Below the pieces are notes generated by a model that did no database searches, was not told the DNA's origin, and was given only the letters and a program-made list of their open reading frames with translations. Below are positions 13,115 to 24,100 of a stretch of DNA of 64,000 bases, one piece after another. The translations under genes were made by a program, and so were the position numbers. Source of the stretch: Lytechinus pictus (Eukaryota); contig NC_087245.1 in the NCBI RefSeq assembly GCF_037042905.1, forward strand, positions 28,646,001 to 28,710,000, in the 5' to 3' direction. Position 1 is the first letter of the stretch. Every line of letters starts with the position of its first letter.

Positions 13115-13170
<56 letters not shown>

Positions 13171-13306
13171 AAGAGGGCCCTTTGCATAACGTGTATTACA
13201 GCGCGTCATGTTCTATGTACACTTGTAAATAATTCAGCATCAACGCAAGACGTAATAAAGAGATACATGGAAGCTACGTCTTGCGTTGATGCTGAATTAT
13301 TTACAA

Positions 13307-13340
<34 letters not shown>
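13115..13340. repeat. (TA)n microsatellites flanking a perfect 34-bp inverted repeat
   Basis: (TA)n at ~13115-13168 and ~13308-13340. Inverted repeat 13221-13254 / 13275-13308. Confidence 0.85.
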
Positions 13341-13345
<5 letters not shown>

Positions 13346-13728
13346 GTAATAATTATTATCATTATTATTATAAAACTGTGTGTGTTTATATATACACAAT
13401 AATGCCTATCACATTCATTGGACATACGTGTATTTGTAGGCCTATTAGCCAATGAGAAAAATTGATAATCTTTTTTATACGCACTGTATAGGTCAGTTCA
13501 AAGACCGCGATTGATGACGATAATCGATCTTTCAAGATCTTTGGATATATATACACAAAGCCCTCTTTTAGATAGAATAATAACCTTTGTTCAGGATATA
13601 GATAGTTAAAATATTGGGGATTAACTTGAAATATCATGCCTGAGTTGAACTAAAATGAAATTCCACGAATTAGATATTGGGAGATACACAGAATGCAGCA
13701 CCTATGCCTATACTAACCTATTACTTAT

Positions 13729-16660
13729 ATTTGATTTGATTTGATTTGATTTTATTTCAGCATTTTTCCAACAGAAATAATTAACAAACATAATGTACAA
13801 CATAAAGAAAAAAATAGTGATACATTTCTTTTTACAAAAAAAAATACAAATAATCATTCATTTGCAAAAATGTATATAGATAGTATTATTTTGCAATATT
13901 ATAAGTTGTACTTTGTTGAGTAGACAAAAAAAAAAAAAATGCTGGAGACCGCTACCATAAGCAGTGCTTGACTAGGGTAGCGGCCTCAAAACGTATTAGC
14001 GAAATAGACAAAAAAGAACGAAGTACAAATCAAGCATTGACTTAAATTAATTATAAACAGATATTATTAATACGATATTTACATGCAAGAACCTTGTATG
14101 CCTGATATTATGTGCACATTTGACGTATTTGCATGTGTTTGTGCATGTGCAAACGTGTGCGCGTGTGCAAATGTATATTTAAAATTGTATGTGTATGTTA
14201 AGTGTGTGTGTGTGTTGAGAGTGGGTGTGCGTGTATGTGTGTCGGTATATGAGGGTGTGGGGGTAGTATTAATTAGGAATTATTGAATGGTTCCAGGATA
14301 CAGCTTGAAATGATAGAAAAGTTTGATACTATGACTTAACTTTTTTTCATTTTCTGATGTAACAGTTTATGAGATCAGATAGAAATTAAAAATTTACCAA
14401 GAAAATTGAAAATTGACCAAGACCCGTAGAACTCTTTTTATATATATGCATAAATTATTCAGAATTGTATTTGCGTGTCATAAATTTTTTAAAGGATGAT
14501 TTGAATGAGTTAAGAGAGGGACATTGTTTTAAGTATTGTGGTAAGGAATTCCAGGTATCTGGTCCATGATGGCGAACTGATTTTTGAGCAATAATAAGTT
14601 TGGGGTTGTGTAGATGATAATCAGAAGAGTGGCGAGTTGGATATGCATGTATATTTGAATTTAAATTGAATAGATTTTGGAATAATGATGGAAGATTATT
14701 GTAAGTGTATCTAAACATAAATATACCTGTTTGTAGAGTGTGAATATCCTGTATTTTAAGTGCATTTAAACGCTGAAATAGAGGTTCTGTGTGGGAAATA
14801 TAATGCGAATGAGTAACGTTACGAATTGCTCGTTTTTGGAGAAGTAGAAGAGAGTTTATTTTCGTTATACTACAGTTACCCCATACAATATTGCAATACA
14901 TCATATGTGAAAGTACTAGGGAGTTGTATAGAACCAATAATGATTTTTCAGAAAGAAAGTCTTTTAATTTGTAAATTATTCCTATGTTTCTTGATATAGA
15001 TGTATGTACATTGTGTATGTGTTCATTCCACGTTAGATTGGAGTCAATTGTTACTCCCAAGAATTTGGTAGAGTGTTTTCCAGTAAGAGGTAAACCGTCA
15101 ATTGATAAATTGGGAGCTGGTAAATGTGGATTAGCTTCTCGAAAGTGTATAAAATTGGTTTTGCTTATGTTAAGTGAAAGTTTGTTTGTTTTAAACCATT
15201 GGGATATTTTAGAGAGTTCTGAATTAAGAATATGTGTTAGAGTATCTAAATTAGCATGGGAATAGAAAATACTGGTATCGTCGGCAAAAATTATGAAATT
15301 TAGAATTGGGGATGAATTTATGATATCATTAATATAGATAATAAAAAGTAGGGGTCCCAGAATTGATCCCTGTGGTACGCCGCACTTGATATTTTGTTTT
15401 TGTGAGTTTTGAGATTGGAAATGTACGTATTGTTGTCGATTATGTAAATAGTCTTCAAACCAGGATAGTGCTTGTCCCCTTATTCCATATGACTTTAATT
15501 TATGAATTAATATTTTGTGGTCGATTGTATCGAAAGCTTTCGAAAGATCCATGTAAATTCCAATCGCATGTTCCTTTCTGGTGAAAGCTTCAATAATTTT
15601 GTCGTACATATATAATAAGGCATAATCTGTTGAGTGTCCTTCTCTAAAACCGAACTGATTAGGAATAAAAATATCATTGTTTTTCAGAAAAGTAAAGAGT
15701 CGTTTATAAATAATTTTTTCAATAATTTTAGATATTGATGGTAGTAAAGATATGGGCCTGTAATTGCTGATTAAGGAGGAATCTTCTTTTTTATAAATTG
15801 GTATTACTTTTGCGAGTTTCAGGGAATCCGGGCATTTGCCTGTTGAAAGAGAGAGATTAAATATATTGGATAGTGGATGAGCAATGTAATGAATAATTTG
15901 TTTAAGCAAATAAACACTAATTCCGTCATGCCCACAAGACTTGCTAGATTTCAGTTGTTGAACAATATTAATTATTTCAAGTTCATTAGTTGGTCTTAAA
16001 AAGAGTGAGTTTTCACATGCTGGAGATAGGAATTTAGTGAAATGTGAATCATTTACATGAATGTTTGAGGCCAGATTGGGACCTACATTAGTGAAATAAT
16101 CATTGAATGCATTTGAAATTGTTTCTGGGTTAGTAATTTCTTGACCATCAACATTAAAACTATTTGCAATATCATGTTTTTTCTTACCTAAGAGATCGTT
16201 GACAGTTTTCCATAAAAAAGTAACATTATTTGCGTTTTCCTCTATATTTTTTGAATAGTACAGTTTTCGAGATAGACGAATAATGGATGTCAATTTATTT
16301 CTATATTTTTTGTATTTGTCAAATTTTACCTTACATTGAGTTTTTAGAGCTTGCTTATAGAGTTTATTCCGTGTTGATATTGATCGTTTAATGCCCTTTG
16401 TGATCCATGGTTGTTTATTCTTTTTAAGGACCTTATCTTTTACAAGAGGTATGTTTTTGTTATAATAATGTAAGAGTTTTTGAATAAATATTTCATAAGC
16501 AACATCGGCGTAAGTTTCGTTCAATACTTCATTCCAATCTTCTTCAGCTAAATCAGTTTTTAGTGCATCGATGTTGCGTTGGGTTTCTTTTCTGTGCATT
16601 TCTTTTTTGTTTTTATTTGTATGTTGTTGAATTTTAGCTTGATTAGAAATATTATCTTGT
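13729..16660 (-). mobile_element. 5'-truncated non-LTR retrotransposon, CR1/L2 group (Crack/Daphne-like)
   Basis: RT ORF followed by a ~700-bp 3' UTR, ending (minus strand) in AATAAA plus an (ATCAA)n tail at ~13729-13757. The 5' boundary is approximate. Confidence 0.88.
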
Positions 16661-16698
16661 CTATGTTGGGATTTTTTTTTTTTTACAATTATGTTCAC
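14455..16698 (-). CDS. LINE ORF2 reverse transcriptase (endonuclease domain missing, 5'-truncated)
   Basis: 747-aa uninterrupted ORF with YRPISLLPSISKIIEK, NQFGFR, DLSKAFDTIDH, GVPQGSILGPLLF, FADDT and KFLGV motifs. The first ~30 aa are probably not element-derived. Confidence 0.93.
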   Translation of the reverse strand: MNIIVKKKKSQHRQDNISNQAKIQQHTNKNKKEMHRKETQRNIDALKTDLAEEDWNEVLNETYADVAYEIFIQKLLHYYNKNIPLVKDKVLKKNKQPWITKGIKRSISTRNKLYKQALKTQCKVKFDKYKKYRNKLTSIIRLSRKLYYSKNIEENANNVTFLWKTVNDLLGKKKHDIANSFNVDGQEITNPETISNAFNDYFTNVGPNLASNIHVNDSHFTKFLSPACENSLFLRPTNELEIINIVQQLKSSKSCGHDGISVYLLKQIIHYIAHPLSNIFNLSLSTGKCPDSLKLAKVIPIYKKEDSSLISNYRPISLLPSISKIIEKIIYKRLFTFLKNNDIFIPNQFGFREGHSTDYALLYMYDKIIEAFTRKEHAIGIYMDLSKAFDTIDHKILIHKLKSYGIRGQALSWFEDYLHNRQQYVHFQSQNSQKQNIKCGVPQGSILGPLLFIIYINDIINSSPILNFIIFADDTSIFYSHANLDTLTHILNSELSKISQWFKTNKLSLNISKTNFIHFREANPHLPAPNLSIDGLPLTGKHSTKFLGVTIDSNLTWNEHIHNVHTSISRNIGIIYKLKDFLSEKSLLVLYNSLVLSHMMYCNIVWGNCSITKINSLLLLQKRAIRNVTHSHYISHTEPLFQRLNALKIQDIHTLQTGIFMFRYTYNNLPSLFQNLFNLNSNIHAYPTRHSSDYHLHNPKLIIAQKSVRHHGPDTWNSLPQYLKQCPSLNSFKSSFKKFMTRKYNSE

Positions 16699-17007
16699 AG
16701 TTTACTTACCCATAATAAAGTACGACAGAAACGACGTGATGTATTTTTTTAGAAAAGGAACTAAACAAAGAATTTAAACCAAATTGAATACAAACAAAAG
16801 TAATGGTGAAATTACACATGCACAGTCGACGGTATAAATGGCTGTTACACATAATATACATATTTCTTTGTAAGTAGATGTATGAAAAACAACAACAAAA
16901 TACAAACCAATCCAAAGGGCCAGGAGCAACTACCCCTATGTTTTTTTCATGTACAGTAGTGAAAAAGGGCGGAGAGAAGGTAAAAAGAAAAAAAGAAAGA
17001 AGCTTAA

Positions 17008-17610
17008 AGGACAAGTCCATTCCAACAAAAAATTGATTTGAATAAAAAGAGAAAAATCCAACAAGCATAACACTGAAAATTTCATCAAAATCGGATGTAA
17101 AATAAGAACGTTATGACATTTTACAGTTTCGCTTATTTTCACAAAACAGTTATATGTACATCCTGGTTGCTATACAAATGAGGTGAGTGATGACGTCATC
17201 CACTCACTATTTCTTTTGTATTTCATTATATGAAATATGAAATATTCTAATTTTTTTCTCATTGTCAAGTGAAACAGTGATTAATTCTTCCCTGAACATG
17301 TGGGGTTAGCAATGTTTAATACTATATGATTCAGTCAAATCGATCCCTATGGTCAAATCTGTAATAAATGAAATATTGTATAATTCAAGCAATAAAAAAC
17401 AAAAGAAATAGTGAATGAAGGACATCATCGACTGATTCATTTGCATGTCACTGAGTTGTGCATGTCACTGTCATGTGAAAAATGAGCGAAACTATAAAGT
17501 GTCATAACTTTCTTATTTTTCATCCGATTTTTATGAACTTTTCAGTGTTATACTAGTTTGATTTTTCTCTATTGACTCAAATCAACATTTTGCTGGGGTG
17601 GACTTGACCT
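17008..17610. mobile_element. ~600-bp MITE with TTAA TSD (Kolobok-like), copy 1
   Basis: TTAA|AGGACAAGTCCA ... TGGACTTGACCT|TTAA. Long imperfect TIRs. Homologous to 49957-50563 and 53194-53784. Confidence 0.88.
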
Positions 17611-17971
17611 TTAACAAAAAGAGAGGTCAGTAAAACGTCACTTCTTTCATCAATTCATTAAAACATTCGTCCAATCATTCACCTGTTTATTCAATTATTT
17701 ACTAATCTTTTCATTTGTAGTACTTTTTTTTTTAAATGATAGTCCCAAACCATCAGTGCAGAGTAATAAAATGAAATAAAGATTTAAATGTATACTCATT
17801 TTAAAATAGGTATTGCAAGAATTCTGATTAAAAAAACACACAAATGTGTTCGATAATTAAAGCAAATGCATACATCCTGTTTTAGCGATAAGAAACAATT
17901 AATGATGACGCAAGACTAATGTTTATCATTCAATCTCTCGGTTTGGTCTGTGAGGATTCAAGCCCGTTATT

Positions 17972-18007
17972 TATATAAACCAAAGATCAAAAATCATATT
18001 TTCATTC
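17972..18007 (+). promoter_or_regulatory. Putative TATA box + initiator of the HYR/Sushi gene
   Basis: TATATAAA at 17972-17979 and Inr-like TCATTC at 18002-18007 (canonical ~30-bp spacing), ~75 bp upstream of the ATG at 18079. Confidence 0.55.
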
Positions 18008-18078
18008 TGTTTCGCCATCGATAGGCTTCCTGGATTATTACTCCTTGATTTGAGTTCCAATTCTGACGTTGATACACA

Positions 18079-18136
18079 ATGAAGACGACCTCGATTATCG
18101 TTTTGATTTTATGTATTGCCTTTCTTAAAGACGCAG
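18079..18136 (+). CDS. HYR/Sushi gene exon 1: signal peptide MKTTSIIVLILCIAFLKDA
   Basis: ATG, hydrophobic core, phase-1 GT donor at 18137. Confidence 0.75.
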
Positions 18137-21100
18137 GTTTGTAGGCTTCTCTATGCTATATCATTTTAGAGATGGGATGAAGTTATCCCAACCCTCTGAA
18201 AGAAAGAGTATTCTCCCTTGTCGATTACCAATGAGGACAGAATGCATCTGATTTAATACATTGTTTATTGTTGATGTTTCAGATGCAGCGCGTCGTCGTC
18301 GACGTCGTAGAAGATCGGATCCTCCTCCACCACCTTCTCCATCTCCAAGTAAGTAATATGTGCTATTCTTTGATTGCTTTGGCCCGTATATATGGCCGTT
18401 CGCTTGTCAATTTTACGGTTTTCAGCAAATTCGTTCACATATACATGTATTAGGCATAAAAACAACAAAAAATACAAAGGATTGAATAGCAAAAGCAGAG
18501 TAAAGGAATATTAAAACATAATAGTTAAATAAAATAATATAACGTGATTGTCCGCACACACGAAAACCATGGACCTGGGAAGCAGGGGTGCTGGGGGTGC
18601 TGAAGCACCCCCAAGATTTTCACAGGGGGTACTGCGTGTATTATTTTCCATAGGCCATGGAATTCTGGTTGGTGTGTCACACAGGAGAATTGTATGGAAA
18701 ATTACCAACATCTTGTGCTGAAACCCCCTTTTTTTTGGCTTATCAAATTTCTTGGCACCAGAACGACCTTCATTTTGTATACACAACTTGTTCTTTATTT
18801 AAAACATTCTTAAATCATCAGCTTCAGACTAAAATTTTCTGCTCGCGCTTCGCGCTCACATTATTGATTTAGGATACCCAATTACCCATTTATTTCATTA
18901 TTTACAAAACATGACCTAGAGTGACCCGTTTTTAGGTCTAAATTTTTTTTTCGCTCATGGTTCGCGCTCGCATTGTTTAGTTATATGTCTATCCTACCCA
19001 TGATTACACAATATGCTTAGAATTTCCATTTTTTTAGGTTGGAATGTCAAAAATTTTCAGCTTGCGCTTCGCGCTCGCTTTATGGCTAACTACAAGCAGT
19101 CCTCAGGTCCCTTTCTATCAGTTATATACGGATTTTGTTTAGGATCACAAACATTCTCAAAATGGTAGATTTTCAGGACAAGATAGGGCCTATATGGAAT
19201 TTCCAAAATATTAGCTCGCGCTCTGCGCTCTCACTATTTGAATATGGCTTATGAGATTACTATGTTTTATAGGAATAAAACAAAAAAGTGACTGTTACGA
19301 AGAAACACACAAAAATCATCTTTGAGTGGAAAGTATGGGTGATTGTTTTTCGCCCCCCCCTCCTCTTATTGGCGAAAGATGGATCCGCCCCTGAATTTAG
19401 GCCTACTTCAGCATCCCCAGTCAAAAAATCGTTCCCAGGGCCCTGCGAACATCACACACTCCCGCACACATAAAATCCACCCACTTCCAATCTACGCACT
19501 ATTGTTTAATAATGGAGCAAAGATTGATTTCAGCATTCGATGTCTTTAAAACATCATGGGATAGAAGTCCAATGTGCATCTGATAAAATAAAAGGGAACA
19601 CTTCTTTTTTTAACCTGTTGTGGCAATTAATTTGAATCAAAGTATTTGTGTTCAGATGGAATTTCCAAAATATTAGCTCGCGCTCTGCGCTCTCACTATT
19701 TGAATATGGCTTATGAGATTACTATGTTTTATAGGAATAAAACAAAAAAGTGACTGTTACGAAGAAACACACAAAAATCATCTTTGAGTGGAAAGTATGG
19801 GTGATTGTTTTTCGCCCCCCCTCCTCTTATTGGCGAAAGATGGATCCGCCCCTGAATTTAGGCCTACTTCAGCATCCCCAGTCAAAAAATCGTTCCCAGG
19901 GCCCTGCGAACATCACACACTCCCGCACACATAAAATCCACCCACTTCCAATCTACGCACTATTGTTTAATAATGGAGCAAAGATTGATTTCAGCATTCG
20001 ATGTCTTTAAAACATCATGGGATAGAAGTCCAATGTGCATCTGATAAAATAAAAGGGAACACTTCTTTTTTTAACCTGTTGTGGCAATTAATTTGAATCA
20101 AAGTATTTGTGTTGGTTTATCAACACTATAGACATGCTAGATTTATCTTAGTATTAATTTGCTGTATATATGTGTGGGGAGGGGGCTGACGAGGCAGTTT
20201 CCCTCCACCCACGCCAAATTCCACCCAAAATATGCGTCAAATCCTTCAGTCTTTAATTTTAAGTGACCATCTTCCTTCCCTTATTAGCGGCTCTCGAACA
20301 ATATAAACACCCCATACAATAGCTCCATGCCCATACATCGTGGAAAGAAAGCCCGGAAAGAAAGTCATTGTTTAGGTCTGTGGTTGGCCCCTTTCAGTCA
20401 AAAGCAGTGGCGTACAGATGGGCAGCTTGGGGGCACTTGCTCCAAAAAATTTCACGACCAAGAAAAGAAAAAGAGAAAAGAAAAGAGAGAAGGGTGAAAT
20501 ATGATATTATTTCATTTACGGTAGGTTAAAAAAAAGTGTCGTATGTTTCACGGCACACCATGAATCTCTCTTGGGCAAGTGTTGGTCTTGAAAAGGAGAG
20601 ATTGGATGGTCCGTTTCAGGACCAACACTTGCCCAAAAAAGATACATGGTGTACCGATAATCCTACTATACACTATTCTTCTTCGCCATGGAAACCTTCA
20701 GAAGTTACCAAAAAGAATGACATTTCACAAATCCTCAATTCAAGAAAAAAATGTTACGAACGCATAATCATTATATTATGACTGGAAAGAGTATTTTATC
20801 CCAAATAATTTGATACCATATTTATGGGTTACGTGTTAACGCTTGGATGATCTGGGGGCCCGTTGCAGAAAGAGTTGCGTTTAAACGCCAGCCAAAAAAA
20901 ATCAAACGTAAGTACCAAATGCGCGCTGTTGATTGATTGAAAATCAAGTTGCGCATGATTTTTAGAGTTGAAATGATTGCATCTCTTTCTGCAACGGGCC
21001 CCAGGAGGTAGGCTTTGCAGTGATGTAAATTTTGATTTGCGCCAGAGTAAGTCATGACTGCAATGAATGAATTCAGATGTCAATGATGTCATAATCCTAC

Positions 21101-24100
21101 AAGAGTTGCTTTAAAATCCATTTCAATATACCTTTTCAGTGATTTACATTATAATTGTTCAATATTGTTGTAATCATGACTTAATCAAATTCAAGATAAA
21201 GTTTATGTTGACATTACATACCAGGTCCATGGTTCTATTCTGAACACATTCCAGGTCCATCACAAACATAAAATACATTAACAATTATTATAATAATATT
21301 ACACAGATATAAAACATAATAATTCAAATTATACAGTCAATATGGTATTTTTTGGAATGAATCAAGTCAAGTTAGGTTATGTATTTATTTATTTTTTGTT
21401 TTAAGGATGTATTTATTGTACTCTCTCAAAATCAAAATACACATTCGATGAACAAGTTTTACAAATTATTTGAAATACGATTATAAATTATACAATAAAT
21501 CCATATCTCATATAATTGTACAAATTATAAATCAAACTTCAAAGATACTGGAAATCAATACTGATGCGTTTCAACAATTACAAAATGAAATATTTAGATT
21601 TAGATTTTAGATTTATTTATTTCCGTTCAACAAAATTTGCAAAATATAATCATATTAACAAGATGTATCAAAATTAATGACAAGAGAGAGAAAAAAAACA
21701 TTGATAAAAAAGTTGATGTTCTAATTCCCAACCCCCTCCCCGTCCCCAGGTAAAGAGCACCCCCCCCCCTTTATGCCTACTCTACATGGAAGGGACTCAA
21801 ATTCCCCCGAATTCTTGTTTTTTCTGCAAGAAATAAAGAGAAACATGTATATGTTTTTGTTTAATTTTTGTGTGGTTTTGTCTCTCACTGTATGCAGTTT
21901 ACTTTTAAGTATCGATTCTCAAGTTAATTTAATTGAAAAGGGATTTGCAAATATATTTACTAACTCAAGTAGGATTATTGCATCATTGGCATCTGGGGTT
22001 CATTCATTGCATTTATGCCTTACTTTGGCGCGAATCAAAATTTACATCACTGCAACGAATACTTTCTGAGCATCCAAGCGTTAACACATAAACCATAAAT
22101 ATGGCGGTATCAAATTATTTGGGATAAAATACCCTTTCCAGTCATATATAATGATTATGCGTTCGTGACATATATATATTTTTTAAATTGGGGATTTGTT
22201 ATGTTTTTTTTTCTCACACGGTATATGAAACGGGCCCCTGATAAGAATACCTGCCGTATTTTTTTATATTCTTCTTGCAGATACTCCTCCTAGATTTAAC
22301 AACTGCCCGCAAACTCTCCCTGTTCAGTACACCACAACTGCTACTGCTGTCGTCATCTGGGTTGAACCAACGTGTACCGACTACGAATCATCGTGTACTG
22401 TTAGGTAAAGATACCCCCTCATCAAACTGGAAGGAATTACATAATTCACTGGCGGATACAGGGAGGGGGGGGCAAAGCCAGCCCGTGCCCCCATTTGAGA
22501 GGCACAATTTAAATTTGTATTGTAAAAAAGCCGTTAGAACATAAGTGTGCCCCTCCCCCCTTTTGAAAATGAAGAAATTTTTTGGGCTCGTCAAATTTTT
22601 TCGTGAAGGAAATGTCCTTATTTTTTGTTGAAAACCTTTCTTTTTTACTTGTAAAATTTTTCCTCGGGAAAAAGTGCCCCCTTTTGTAATATCAAAATGA
22701 GCTCCTCCAGACAAAAGCATGTTGATCTTATACCATGCAGAGAGTGTGACGAAATAAAGTAACCGAGACGTTTATTTTCCAATGGGTCTGTTCTTTTTAA
22801 AACAGTGCCGTACAGGCACTTGCCCCCTCCCTAATTTTTTTTCACTACCAAGAAAAAAAAGAGAAAAGGGAAGAAAAAGAAAAAGAGGAGGGTGAAATAT
22901 GATATTTTCGGAATATTATGTCAAAATCTACTACAAAATTGGATTTTCGAACTAATTAAAAATTGCAACATGTTTGCACAGTCGCTTCGCTCGCTTGCAA
23001 CTATTTAAAAACAAATTCCGTCCGATACGCCATCATGATATCTTGACCCCGTCTTACAAAGAGTTACGGTTGATCCGATCAATCGCAACTATGGACGGCC
23101 AGCAACGTCAACATGTATTATTCATGGTTGTTCAAATTATTTTCAAACTATGATGTATATCCATGCATTCATTGTTTTCTTGAAAATTCACTGTACTTCT
23201 TTTTGTTTACAAAGGACATTGTGCAAATTTCCTATAGAAAAAAATATGACACTAATGGATCTCCAAAAAATTACGATTGATTGGATCAATCGTAACACTT
23301 TGTAAGACGGGGCCCAGGCCTCCTCAAAAATATTAGACTCATATAACGCCACTGGTTTAAAACATTATCTATAATCAATTTAATAAAAAGGCACACACAC
23401 ACACCCACCCAAACTGGTAAACATTCAGGGGCCAGCTGCATTTTATTGTCCTCCTCTCTAACTTTTTACATTTCTCTCTTCCTCCAGTCGAAGTGGCCAT
23501 CCTCCGGGGCATTCTTTCGGTGAAGGTACACATAGCATCGCATACACTGCCATAGACACTGGTGGACTATCTACATCCTGTGCCGTTTCTTTTACTGTTA
23601 GCGGTAAATATGCTTATGACTCTTTCGTTATCATATCTCATTTCTCAGTAATCAAAAATCATGCAGACTAGTGGGTGCAACATCATCCTACATCGAAAAA
23701 AATTGACTTCAGGATGCAGGAATACATGTGGTAATATCATGTTCTTTTTACAAACACATGGGATCGAGGTTATGTGATCTTTGTCACATGTCATGTTCAG
23801 TAACAACCAACTGCAGAACTAGTACATATTTTATTACGATAAAACTGGATTGATATTTTCAGATATATTTTGTGATGCTGTTATAATACGTGATTCCGGA
23901 ACCCTTCTTTCCTTTAGGCTTTTATTATCAATTTCCGTCGTTTATTTTCACATAAATTTTAGAATAATAATGAAATATGAAAGAAAATGGCGTGTATACA
24001 TGAAGCATATACTAGAATGGAATTATAACAGGGCAGTACATTCTGAACACATTATTTTGCCAGTTTCTCTCTTCCCAGACAGAGTTTTCTCTATTTATTA

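Noticed and set aside
14455..16698. RT as a retron, DGR, group II intron or telomerase
   Set aside because: The motifs, C-terminal region and tandem-repeat 3' tail are typical of CR1/L2-group LINEs. There is no adjacent ncRNA or accessory gene.
16706..17142. Recurrent ORFs [21 protein letters not shown] (also 49735..50037, 53096..53341)
   Set aside because: They are read-through of the TIR of the TTAA MITE, not a gene family.
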